A stretch of DNA of 64,000 nt, taken from the NCBI GenBank assembly GCA_044426045.1, contig JAWXUX010000011.1, positions 760 through 64,759 of the forward strand. Direction: 5' to 3'. Numbering within the stretch: the first letter of the stretch is position 1; every line of letters starts with the position of its first letter. The DNA comes from Bacillota bacterium (GTDB taxonomy: Bacteria; Bacillota; Clostridia; Christensenellales; CAMQZB01). The position numbers and the translations under genes were made by a program. The notes beneath the pieces were generated by a model. The model had not been told where the DNA came from. It ran no database searches and saw only the letters and a list, made by a program, of their open reading frames with translations. Shown here in pieces: positions 28,135-36,998 of this stretch.

Positions 28135-29044
28135 TATGTGCTCCTCCGATTATATCTTTTAGGTTTGTTATATTATATTTTTCGCAAACTTTTGGCAAGT
28201 TTTTGATTATTTCTTTAGAGGCAAATGGATTCACGAGATTTTCCGCACCAATTTGCACCGCACTTGCACCTGCAAGCATCATTTCGATCACGTCTTCCGC
28301 CGTTGCAACACCGCCCATTCCGATGATTGGGATGTTCACCGCTTCAAACACTTGATACACCATGCGAACGGCAACGGGCATGATTGCCCTTCCCGAAAAA
28401 CCGCCCATTTTATTTGCTATCACGGGTTTTCTTGTTTTGATATCAATTTTCATGCCGAGAAGGGTGTTTATCATTGAGATGCCATCGGCTCCCCCATTTT
28501 CGCACGCTTTTGCAATTTCCACGATATCTGTCACGTTTGGTGAAAGTTTAACATAAAGTGGCTTTGTTGTTGCATCTTTCACGGCTTTTGTGATGTCGTG
28601 TGCACATTCTGGCGACGTGCCAAAGCTCATACCGCCGTTGTGGACGTTTGGGCATGAGATGTTGAGTTCAAGTATTGCAATATCTGGGCATGCGTCGAAT
28701 TTTTTTGCAACTTCGACATATTCTTCTGTTGAAAATCCGCAGATATTTGCGATTGATTTTTTTGAGAAAACCTCTTTGAGTTTTGGGATTTCCTTTGAGA
28801 TAACCGCATCCACCCCTGGGTTTTGAAGTCCCACAGAGTTTATCATCGACTCACGGCATTCCGCAATTCTTGGGGTTGGATTTCCAAATCTTGCTTCCGC
28901 CGTTGTGCCTTTCAAAGATATGCTTCCAAGGATGTTGATGTCGTACCAATTTGCGTATTCATAGCCAAAACCGAAGGTTCCGCTTGCGGGGATGATTGGG
29001 TTTTCAAGTTCCCACCCCGACAAATTCACTTTCAAATTTACCAC
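28127..29044 (-). CDS. pyrD: Dihydroorotate dehydrogenase B, catalytic subunit
   Basis: 305 aa, class 1B-like ([13 protein letters not shown]). Paired with pyrK. Confidence 0.9.
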   Translation of the reverse strand: MVNLKVNLSGWELENPIIPASGTFGFGYEYANWYDINILGSISLKGTTAEARFGNPTPRIAECRESMINSVGLQNPGVDAVISKEIPKLKEVFSKKSIANICGFSTEEYVEVAKKFDACPDIAILELNISCPNVHNGGMSFGTSPECAHDITKAVKDATTKPLYVKLSPNVTDIVEIAKACENGGADGISMINTLLGMKIDIKTRKPVIANKMGGFSGRAIMPVAVRMVYQVFEAVNIPIIGMGGVATAEDVIEMMLAGASAVQIGAENLVNPFASKEIIKNLPKVCEKYNITNLKDIIGGAHNG

Positions 29045-29778
29045 AGGATTTCCTCCTTTTCAAGCACTGGACCTTCAACGCAAATGCGTTTGTTTCCATA
29101 TATCGTTTTGCAACTGCAACCCATGCAACCGCCAAAACCGCAACCCATTCTTTCTTCAAAAGAAAGCTGTCCGCTTGTTTTTGCCACGCTGAAAATCGCT
29201 TTCAGCATAGCTTCTGGCCCGCATGTGAAAAAATATGAATATGGGATATCCATTGCATTTGTCACAAACCCTTTTGTGCCACAGCTTCCGTCAACTGTTG
29301 TGACGGCAACGCTCGCACCGATTTTTTCAAACTGCTCGCGATAGAAAACTTCACCTTCCGAGCCAAAGCCCAAGATAACTGAAACTTTCTTGCCTTCGGA
29401 AATCAATCTTTTTGCAAGGTTGAACATTGGCGGAACGCCAACGCCACCGCCGATAAGAAGTGGAGTGTCCCCCGATTTTGAAGTGTCGAAACCGTTGCCA
29501 AGACCAACTAGCAAATCTAGCGTTTCGCCAGCCGTCATTTGCGACATTTGGTCGGTGCCACCGCCAACAACTTTATATATCAAAGTGAGCTTTCCATCTT
29601 CCTTTCCATCTTTATAGTCACAAATGGAGATTGGACGGCGCAAAAACTTGCCGTCAAGTTTGATATTGACAAACTGCCCTGAGGCTTTCACCTCGCTTGT
29701 GTCGCCACAAAGTTGCATTTCAAACACGTCTTTTGCTATTTTTTGATTGCTTTTTATTGTGAAAATTGCTTTGTTCAT
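29038..29778 (-). CDS. pyrK: Dihydroorotate dehydrogenase B, electron-transfer subunit
   Basis: 246 aa. FAD/NAD-binding fold and C-terminal 2Fe-2S motif CGFGGCMGCSC. Confidence 0.9.
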   Translation of the reverse strand: MNKAIFTIKSNQKIAKDVFEMQLCGDTSEVKASGQFVNIKLDGKFLRRPISICDYKDGKEDGKLTLIYKVVGGGTDQMSQMTAGETLDLLVGLGNGFDTSKSGDTPLLIGGGVGVPPMFNLAKRLISEGKKVSVILGFGSEGEVFYREQFEKIGASVAVTTVDGSCGTKGFVTNAMDIPYSYFFTCGPEAMLKAIFSVAKTSGQLSFEERMGCGFGGCMGCSCKTIYGNKRICVEGPVLEKEEILW

Positions 29779-29785
29779 ATTTTTC

Positions 29786-32700
29786 CTATTGTCTTTCTGC
29801 GTCTATTCTTGAAACTGTTAGCGTGATATCTTCAAGCACTTCGAGCAGTACTTTCACTGTGTCAAGTGATGTGAACATTGTCACGTTGTTATCAACGGCA
29901 CATCTTCTGATGATATAGCCATCGGTTTGTTCCATTGACGAGTTGATATCTCTTGTGCTGATAACGTAGTTCACATATCCTTTTCTTATGCTTTCAAGGA
30001 TATCTTCACTGCCTTCAGAAAGTTTCTTTTTCGCTCTTGTTCTCACGTTGTGGGCTTTCAACATATCAGCAGTGCCTTTTGTTGCTTCGATATTGAAACC
30101 TAGGTCATAAAACCTTTTCACGAGTGGGAGTGCTTCTTCTTTATCTTCATCCGCGATTGAAACAAAGATTGTGCCGTAGTTTGCAACGTTCATTCCGCTT
30201 GCCCAAAGTGCCTTATACATAGCGCGTGGGAATGTTTTGTCGTATCCAATCGCCTCGCCCGTTGATTTCATTTCTGGTGAGAGATAGGCATCAAGTCCTG
30301 CGATTTTAGAAAAAGAGAACGCAGGGGCTTTCACGTACCACCATTTTCTTTCTGGTGGGTAGATTTCTGTTATGCCTTGGTCTTTTAGGCTTTTTCCAAG
30401 AATAACTCTTGTGCCGATATCTGCAAGGCTGTAGCCCGTTGATTTAGAGATGAATGGAACCGATCTACTAGAGCGTGGGTTAACTTCGATAACAAAGACG
30501 TTTTCTTGTTTATCCACGATGAATTGGATGTTATACAGTCCGATTATGCCAATTCCTAGGCCGAGTTTTTTAGTGTATTCAAGGATAGTTTCTTTCACTT
30601 TATCTGAAACGCTGAATGTTGGATAAACACTGATACTGTCGCCCGAGTGGATACCTGTTCTTTCAACAAGTTCCATAATGCCCGGAACAAAAACGTCCAC
30701 GCCGTCGCACACTGCATCAATTTCAAGTTCCTTGCCTTGAACATATTTATCAACCAAAACTGGTTGTTTTTCGTCAACTTGAACGGCTGTTTTCAAATAG
30801 TATTCAAGCGATTCGTCGCTGTTAACAATTTGCATTGCACGCCCGCCAAGAACATAGCTTGGACGAACAAGAACTGGATATCCAATTTCGTTTGCAACTT
30901 TCAAGCCGTCAGGGATGTTTGTTACAGCCCCGCCCTTTGGTTCTGGAATTTGAAGTTCGTTCATCACTTTTTCAAACACTTCGCGGTTTTCCGCCCTTTC
31001 GATAGCTTCAACGCCCGTGCCGATGATTTTCACGCCACGTTCGGCAAGTTTTCCCGCAAGGTTGATTGCTGTTTGACCGCCAAGGGACGCGATAACGCCA
31101 TCTGGTTTTTCAAGCTGAATAATTTCCATTGCGTTTTCCACTGTTAGCGGTTCAAAATAGAGTTTATCACTTGATGTGTAGTCGGTTGAAACTGTTTCTG
31201 GGTTGTTGTTTATGATGATTGCTTCATAGCCACTTTCACGGATTGTCATGATTGCGTGAACTGTTGAATAGTCGAATTCCACGCCTTGACCAATACGGAT
31301 TGGACCTGAGCCAAGCACGATGATTTTCTTTTTATCTGTCACGATTGATTCGTTTTCATCTTCAAAAGTGCTGTAGAAATACGGCACGTAGCTTTCGAAT
31401 TCCGATGAACATGTGTCAATCATTTTATATACTGGAGAGATTTTATTGAGTTTTCTGATATCGTAGATTTCAGCTTCGTCCATATCCCAAACTTTCGAGA
31501 TATAGCTATCGGCAAAGCCCATATATTTGGCACGTTTCAAGATTTCGATATCATCAGGATTTGCTTTCAATTCCTTTTCGCAATCGATGATGTTTTTGAA
31601 CATATTGAGGAAAAGTTTGTCGATTTTTGTCACGTTTGCGATATCATAAATTTCAACGTCACGGCGAAGTAGTTCGCCGATTGCAAAAATTCTGTCGTCG
31701 GTGCCGTCTTTGATATAAGAAAGCATGTCGCCCGTTTCCCAACCGATGAATTTTTTGATTTGAAGGTGGTCGGTGCCGATTTCAAGGGATCTGATTGCTT
31801 TTAGCAAGCTTTCCTCCATTGTTCTGCCAACGCCCATAACTTCGCCTGTTGCTTTCATTTGTGTTGAAAGTTTGTTTGAGGCTGAGTTGAATTTATCAAA
31901 TGGGAATCTCGCGATTTTTGTTACCACATAGTCAAGCGCTGGTTCAAATGATGCTGGTGTGTTTGCAATTTGGATTTCGTCAAGCGTCATGCCAACGGCG
32001 ATTTTTGCTGAAACGCGCGCGATTGGGTAGCCTGTTGCTTTACTTGCAAGGGCTGATGAACGGCTTACACGCGGGTTAACTTCGATGATGAAATAATCAA
32101 ACGAATGTGGGTCAAGGGCAAATTGCACGTTGCAACCGCCTTCGATTTTAAGCTCGCGAATAATTCTGAGAGCTGAGTTTCTGAGCATGTGATATTCTTT
32201 ATTTGAAAGGGTTTGAGATGGTGAAACAACCACAGAATCGCCCGTGTGAACCCCAACAGGGTCGATATTTTCCATGTTACAAATCGCAATCGCTGTGTCA
32301 TTTTTGTCGCGGATTACTTCGTATTCAATTTCCTTATAGCCTTTGATACTTTTTTCAACCAAAACTTCTGTCACTGGTGAAAGTTTCAATGCATTTTTAA
32401 TAAGCGGAATAAGTTCGGCTTCGTCATCGGCAAAACCACCGCCCGTTCCCCCAAGGGTGAAGGCTGGTCTCAAAACGACAGGATAGCCTATTCTTTGCGC
32501 AATTTCAATACCATCTTCAACCGTTTTTGCGATATCTGAAACCAAAACTGGCTCGCCGAGGTCGATACACAAGTTTTTGAAAAGATCTCTATCTTCTGCC
32601 CTATCGATACTGTCGATTGTTGTGCCAAGGATTTCAACGTTACATTCGTCAAGCACGCCTTTTTTCGCAAGTTGCATTGCAAGGTTCAAGCCTGTTTGTC

Positions 32701-32974
32701 CGCCTATTCCCGGGATGATTGCATCTGGACGTTCGTGGCGGATGATTTTTGCAACCGCTTCGAGAGTTAGTGGCTCCATATAAACTTTGTGGGCGATTGA
32801 TGTGTCTGTCATGATTGTTGCAGGGTTTGAATTCACAAGCACAACTTCATAGCCTTCTTCTTTGAGTGCAAGGCACGCTTGCGTTCCCGCATAGTCAAAT
32901 TCGGCGGCTTGTCCGATAACAATTGGACCTGAGCCGATAACCAAAATTTTGTGTAGGTCAGTTCTTTTAGGCAT
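29786..32974 (-). CDS. carB: Carbamoyl-phosphate synthase large subunit
   Basis: 1062 aa with duplicated ATP-grasp halves (ILVIGSGPIVIGQAAEFDYAGTQA / IIVLGSGPIRIGQGVEFDY). Confidence 0.95.
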   Translation of the reverse strand: MPKRTDLHKILVIGSGPIVIGQAAEFDYAGTQACLALKEEGYEVVLVNSNPATIMTDTSIAHKVYMEPLTLEAVAKIIRHERPDAIIPGIGGQTGLNLAMQLAKKGVLDECNVEILGTTIDSIDRAEDRDLFKNLCIDLGEPVLVSDIAKTVEDGIEIAQRIGYPVVLRPAFTLGGTGGGFADDEAELIPLIKNALKLSPVTEVLVEKSIKGYKEIEYEVIRDKNDTAIAICNMENIDPVGVHTGDSVVVSPSQTLSNKEYHMLRNSALRIIRELKIEGGCNVQFALDPHSFDYFIIEVNPRVSRSSALASKATGYPIARVSAKIAVGMTLDEIQIANTPASFEPALDYVVTKIARFPFDKFNSASNKLSTQMKATGEVMGVGRTMEESLLKAIRSLEIGTDHLQIKKFIGWETGDMLSYIKDGTDDRIFAIGELLRRDVEIYDIANVTKIDKLFLNMFKNIIDCEKELKANPDDIEILKRAKYMGFADSYISKVWDMDEAEIYDIRKLNKISPVYKMIDTCSSEFESYVPYFYSTFEDENESIVTDKKKIIVLGSGPIRIGQGVEFDYSTVHAIMTIRESGYEAIIINNNPETVSTDYTSSDKLYFEPLTVENAMEIIQLEKPDGVIASLGGQTAINLAGKLAERGVKIIGTGVEAIERAENREVFEKVMNELQIPEPKGGAVTNIPDGLKVANEIGYPVLVRPSYVLGGRAMQIVNSDESLEYYLKTAVQVDEKQPVLVDKYVQGKELEIDAVCDGVDVFVPGIMELVERTGIHSGDSISVYPTFSVSDKVKETILEYTKKLGLGIGIIGLYNIQFIVDKQENVFVIEVNPRSSRSVPFISKSTGYSLADIGTRVILGKSLKDQGITEIYPPERKWWYVKAPAFSFSKIAGLDAYLSPEMKSTGEAIGYDKTFPRAMYKALWASGMNVANYGTIFVSIADEDKEEALPLVKRFYDLGFNIEATKGTADMLKAHNVRTRAKKKLSEGSEDILESIRKGYVNYVISTRDINSSMEQTDGYIIRRCAVDNNVTMFTSLDTVKVLLEVLEDITLTVSRIDAERQ

Positions 32975-34061
32975 TTTTATCTTCCTCCATCATCTTAACA
33001 AACTCGTCGAACAAATAGCCACTGTCTTCAGGGCCTGGGGCTGATTCTGGGTGATATTGAACAGAGAAAACTTTATCTTCCATGCAAGACACACCCTCGA
33101 TTGTGTTATCAAGAACGTTTATATGAGTAACTTTTAGTCTAGTGTTTTTGATTGAATCGTCGCAAACTGCATAGCTGTGGTTTTGTGACGTGATTTCAAG
33201 TTTGCCCGTTGCAAGGCTTTTCACAGGGTGGTTACCACCGCGGTGACCAAACTTGAGTTTATATGTTTTTGCGCCATAAGCAAGGGAAATCAGTTGGTGA
33301 CCAAGGCAAATGCCAAAGATTGGTTTTTCGCCGATGAGTGACTTCACAACTTCTGTTGTAGCTTCAACGCTTTCTGGGTTGCCAGGGCCGTTTGAAAGGA
33401 AAATGCCGTCTGGTTTCAAAGCGAGGATTTCTTCTTTAGTGACGTTATATGGCACAACTGTCACGTTGCAACCACGCTTATTTAGACTTCTCACGATGTT
33501 GAGTTTTATTCCGCAGTCGATTGCGACAACTTCAAGTTTTGCATGCGCTGTTCTTGCAAACCATTTCTTTTTTGAGCTAACACGCGAAACTTCGTCCCCT
33601 GGGAGTGATTTTGTTTTCAAAATTTCAAGGCATGTCTCCATTGGCGTTTCAAAATCTGTCATATATGCTTTCATTGAGCCTTTGTCGCGAATGTGGCGAG
33701 TGAGTTTTCTTGTGTCCACGCCATACATTGCTGGGATGTTATATTCTTCCAAGACTTCCGCAAGTGGTTTTGTCGCGCGATAGTTGCTTGGTTGAGGAGT
33801 GTATTCTTTCACAACAAATCCGCCAAGTGTTGGGTATTGCGTTTCATAGTCCTCGTCGCAAATGCCGTAGTTTCCGATGATTGGATATGTCATCACAACT
33901 GTTTGATCGGTATATGATGGGTCGGATAAAATTTCTTGATATCCTACCATTGATGTGTTGAAAACGAGTTCGGTGAGTGAATCTCTTTTCACCCCAAAGT
34001 TGTAGCCAAAATATACACTGCCGTCTTCAAGAACTAGTTTTCTTGTGAATTTGCTTTCCAT
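32967..34061 (-). CDS. carA: Carbamoyl-phosphate synthase small subunit
   Basis: Glutamine amidotransferase triad region (GICLGHQL, HRGGNHP). Start moved to ATG 34061 (GGAGG 7 nt upstream). Confidence 0.9.
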   Translation of the reverse strand: MESKFTRKLVLEDGSVYFGYNFGVKRDSLTELVFNTSMVGYQEILSDPSYTDQTVVMTYPIIGNYGICDEDYETQYPTLGGFVVKEYTPQPSNYRATKPLAEVLEEYNIPAMYGVDTRKLTRHIRDKGSMKAYMTDFETPMETCLEILKTKSLPGDEVSRVSSKKKWFARTAHAKLEVVAIDCGIKLNIVRSLNKRGCNVTVVPYNVTKEEILALKPDGIFLSNGPGNPESVEATTEVVKSLIGEKPIFGICLGHQLISLAYGAKTYKLKFGHRGGNHPVKSLATGKLEITSQNHSYAVCDDSIKNTRLKVTHINVLDNTIEGVSCMEDKVFSVQYHPESAPGPEDSGYLFDEFVKMMEEDKNA

Positions 34062-35263
34062 GTGTTTCCTCCGTTTACTGTCTTTATGCATTTAGCATAC
34101 ACTTTCTTTCCAAGAAATGGCGAGTTTTTGCCTTTTGAAAGGAAGTTTTCTGCTTTTATTTCGTAGTTAGCGTTCAAATCAAAAACTGTGTAGTTTTCTT
34201 CGAACTTTTGGTTTATTCCAAAGCGTTTTGCTGGGTTTGTTGTTAGTAGCTCGGAAAGTTTTTCTAGTGAAAGAATTCCCGTTTTCACAAGGTGGGTATA
34301 AAGAAGCGGAAATGCTGTTTCTATTCCCACAATGCCCATGGCACTTTTGAGTAGGCCGCCCGCTTTTTCGCTTTCTGCGTGAGGTGCGTGGTCGGTTGCA
34401 ATCATGTCGATTGTGCCGTCTTGCAAGCCTTTTATAAGGGCGATTTGGTCTTCTTTGCTTCTGAGTGGCGGATTCATTTTGAAGTTGCCTTCGTCTTTTA
34501 GGTCGGCTTCAGTGAGAACAAGATAGTGAGGCGCTGTTTCGCACGTCACATCAAGTCCCTCGGCTTTTGCCTTTCTTATCATCTCCACCCCTTCTTTTGT
34601 TGAAAGGTGGCACACGTGATATTTCACGCCAGTTTCGCGAACTAGTTTCAGGTCGCGAGCGAGCATTCCGAATTCTGCTTCTGAGGGGATTGCTGGGATG
34701 TTGTGTTTTTTTGCATACTCGCCGTCGTGGATAACGCCGTTTTTCTTGATTTCGTCATCTTCGAGATGTTGGGCAAATATTCTGCCCGTTTTTGCAACTT
34801 CAATCATTGCCTTTCTTGTGACTTCTTGCGATTGCACGCCCTTGCCGTCATCTGAAAAGGCAACGCAATAGGGTGCTAGTTTTTTAAAATCAACAAGTTC
34901 TTTGCCGTTTTCACCTTTCGTGAGCGCGCCATATGGATAGACCTCGCAAACTGCGTCAGAATTTATGATGTCAAGTTGAACTTGCAAGTTTTCCATGCTG
35001 TCTGGCACGGGGCTTACATTTGGCATAGAGCAAACTGCAGTGTAGCCACTTGAAAGTGCGGCAAGCGTGCCTGTTTTGATTGTTTCTTTATGAAAAAACC
35101 CCGGTTCACGAAGATGTACGTGTACATCAATAAAACCAGGGAAGATAACGATTTCGCTATCTTTATCTGAAATTTCCAAATCTGAAATAAACCCTTGCAA
35201 AGATGTTTCTTCGCAAGATTGGAGTTTTCCGTTTTTGATAATTTGTATCAATTTATTATTCAT
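34034..35263 (-). CDS. pyrC: Dihydroorotase
   Basis: 409 aa. Metal-binding DVHVHLREPG and ATDHAPH motifs. Confidence 0.9.
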   Translation of the reverse strand: MNNKLIQIIKNGKLQSCEETSLQGFISDLEISDKDSEIVIFPGFIDVHVHLREPGFFHKETIKTGTLAALSSGYTAVCSMPNVSPVPDSMENLQVQLDIINSDAVCEVYPYGALTKGENGKELVDFKKLAPYCVAFSDDGKGVQSQEVTRKAMIEVAKTGRIFAQHLEDDEIKKNGVIHDGEYAKKHNIPAIPSEAEFGMLARDLKLVRETGVKYHVCHLSTKEGVEMIRKAKAEGLDVTCETAPHYLVLTEADLKDEGNFKMNPPLRSKEDQIALIKGLQDGTIDMIATDHAPHAESEKAGGLLKSAMGIVGIETAFPLLYTHLVKTGILSLEKLSELLTTNPAKRFGINQKFEENYTVFDLNANYEIKAENFLSKGKNSPFLGKKVYAKCIKTVNGGNTWKANSQEN

Positions 35264-35283
35264 TCTGCCTCCGCATACTTACC

Positions 35284-35317
35284 TATAAAAAGAGCCCGTC
35301 AAAGATTTTGACAGGCG
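35284..35317 (-). terminator. Leader (attenuator) terminator upstream of pyrC
   Basis: Minus strand GCCTGTCAAAatcTTTGACGGGC followed by TCTTTTTAT. It lies between the pyr promoter and the pyrC SD. Confidence 0.6.
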
Positions 35318-35438
35318 AAAATTTACATGCTAACAAATAGATTAACGCATTGTGCGAGCGTACCTATTTTTCTTGTGTTGTCCACGCATGAACATTGTTG
35401 CCTTGCCAATATCTCGTATTGATCTTAAAGTCTTTGTT

Positions 35439-35468
35439 ATTATATACCTAGTGGGGGTGGTTTGTCAA
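35439..35468 (-). promoter_or_regulatory. Sigma-A-type promoter of the pyr operon
   Basis: Minus strand TTGACA-N18-TATAAT, about 170 nt upstream of the pyrC ATG. Confidence 0.55.
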
Positions 35469-35475
35469 GCGAAAA

Positions 35476-35619
35476 GCGTGTTTTTCGTCCGCTTATGCTT
35501 TTTTTATAAAAATAAGTTTGTGGCACGCTGTTTTATTTAGGTGAAAAGTGAAAGGCGTATTTTTTTATCCGCTTATGCTTTTTTATAAAAATAAGTTTGT
35601 GGCACGCTGTTTTATTTAG
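35476..35619. repeat. Tandem duplication (2 x ~79 bp) of a 65-nt hairpin module separated by GTGAAA(A/G) heptamers
   Basis: GCGT(G/A)TTTTT..TCCGCTTATGCTTTTTT(T)ATAAAAATAAGTTTGTGGCACGCTGTTTTATTTAG occurs at 35476-35540 and 35555-19. Outer stem GCGTG/CACGC, inner stem CTTAT/ATAAG, T-runs on both strands (terminator-like). A shorter relative lies at 55681-55735. Confidence 0.8.
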
Positions 35620-35891
35620 GTGAAAGGTGAAAGGTGAAAGGTGAAAGGTGTGGTAGGCACTCGCTTTGCTCGTGCACCCTATTATATTTGGACAGTAAAA
35701 AAGGAACGTTCCTATTAAATAGTTACGTTCCTACAAGTGGTTACAAATATAATTGAAAAGCACGAGCGGTACGCGAGTGCATTACCACACCTTTCACCTT
35801 TCACCTTTCACCTTTCACCTTAAGCGTAGCGTTTCACCTTTCACCTTTCACCTTTCACCTTTCACCTTAAGCGAAGCGTTTCACCTTTCAC
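35620..35891. repeat. Composite palindromic intergenic element, copy C (type 1 core)
   Basis: 4x GTGAAAG, GTGTGGTAGG hairpin, core with perfect palindrome AGGAACGTTCCT, hairpin GCACGAGCGGTACGCGAGTGC, ATTACCACAC, 4x CTTTCAC, then two further blocks each made of a TTAAGCG(T/A)AGCGTT mini-hairpin plus heptamers. Abuts the PHP gene stop. Confidence 0.9.
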
Positions 35892-36604
35892 TTTAAAAAA
35901 GCTTCTCTCTCCAAAACCCCAAAAATCCCCTCTACGCTTTTTTCACATTCTAGCCAACACTCTGCTTCCGCCATGCTTTCTAGGTAGTGGGCATCGGAGT
36001 TATCTAGGACTCGGTAGTTTTCAAGTCCTGCGTTTTTAAGGTCTTCCATAGTGGCGTTTTTGCCTTTTTCTATTATTTTGAAGCCCATATCGCTGTCCAT
36101 TCCGCCTAGGATTGGGATTATTCCACTGCCCTCTTTCAAAACGTGGGCGGGGAAACAAATTCCGCCAAGGCTATCCACGATTTTTGCGATTTCGTATATG
36201 CCAATATCAACGCCATAAAGGGTGAAGTTTGGGTTTTCGCCCGTCACTTCATCATTTTCGTTCATATAAATTTGCTTTCCGAAAATTCTTTCATCGTTTG
36301 GCATAATCGTCATTCTTGAAAGCACAATTTTTTCAAGCTGCACGGCGGAATCTGCCGTTTTGAAAAGGCACACCACGTGGATATCTTCACTTGTTGTGAC
36401 TTCCATTCCTGCAATCACGATAAGACCCACGCTTTCACCCACTTTTTGGCACGCGCAAACATTGCCCGCGGTGTTGTGATCGCAAATTGCAATCGCATCA
36501 TACCCAAGCATTTTTGCAAAATTCACCACGTTGTTTGGGGTGTTTTCCTCCCCGCCACACGGTGAAAGGCATGTGTGGATGTGAAAGTCATAGTAGCATT
36601 TCAT
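35888..36604 (-). CDS. PHP (polymerase/histidinol phosphatase) domain protein
   Basis: 238 aa. YDFHIHTCLSPCG and AICDHN metal-binding motifs. The stop TGA is contributed by a GTGAAAG heptamer of the adjacent repeat element. Confidence 0.8.
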   Translation of the reverse strand: MKCYYDFHIHTCLSPCGGEENTPNNVVNFAKMLGYDAIAICDHNTAGNVCACQKVGESVGLIVIAGMEVTTSEDIHVVCLFKTADSAVQLEKIVLSRMTIMPNDERIFGKQIYMNENDEVTGENPNFTLYGVDIGIYEIAKIVDSLGGICFPAHVLKEGSGIIPILGGMDSDMGFKIIEKGKNATMEDLKNAGLENYRVLDNSDAHYLESMAEAECWLECEKSVEGIFGVLEREAFLK

Positions 36605-36671
36605 TTTGTTTACCTTTCAAGGGGCAATGCCCCCAAAATTTTTCATGAGGCAAAGCCCCAAAAATTATTGT

Positions 36672-36998
36672 TTAAATACCAAACGCAGATATTGCAACCG
36701 CGATTTGATACACTGATTTTTCCGTTGAAAAAATTGAAACTCCCATCATTTCTGCTCGTTTTGACATGTTTTCATCTGGTGATGTGCCGTCGCAAAGGAT
36801 TATCATTGAAGTTTCGCAAAGGGATGCAACGCCCATGACGTTCACGTTGTTCATAACGGTGAGCCAGCACGCTTTTTCATCTTGTTTTGATATCGCAAAA
36901 CTCAAAAAATCGCCACAATAAACGCTTTCGACGTCGAAATTTTCACCTTCAACGCAAAGTTTTACTCCGAGTTTTTCACTAAGTTCAAACACTTTCAT
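36672..36998 (-). CDS. Small DRTGG-like domain protein
   Basis: 108 aa, collinear with the 38737..39084 product but lacking the DxT..LTG motif. Overlaps the upstream gene by 14 nt (coupled). Confidence 0.55.
   Translation of the reverse strand: MKVFELSEKLGVKLCVEGENFDVESVYCGDFLSFAISKQDEKACWLTVMNNVNVMGVASLCETSMIILCDGTSPDENMSKRAEMMGVSIFSTEKSVYQIAVAISAFGI

Noticed and set aside
35321-35432. PyrR-binding loop in the pyr leader
   Set aside because: I looked for the UCCAGAGAGG-type motif on the minus strand and did not find it. I therefore report only the terminator and flag the absence as a finding.
35701-35760. Outward-facing promoter inside type 1 cores (conserved TATAAT in CAAATATAATTG)
   Set aside because: The nearest -35-like hexamer (TTGAAT/TTAAAT) is about 27 nt away, which is too far for a sigma-A promoter. 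The TATAAT is part of the ATTATATTT/AAATATAAT stem, which explains its conservation.
35620-35891. Elements as integron attC sites or gene cassettes. They sit right after stop codons as imperfect inverted repeats, and the 7-nt unit vaguely resembles the GTTRRRY core.
   Set aside because: The flanking genes are core housekeeping genes in conserved operons (pyr, spoIIIA, recQ, argH). No intI or attI is present. The heptamer differs from GTTRRRY at two positions and is tandemly repeated, which attC cores are not.
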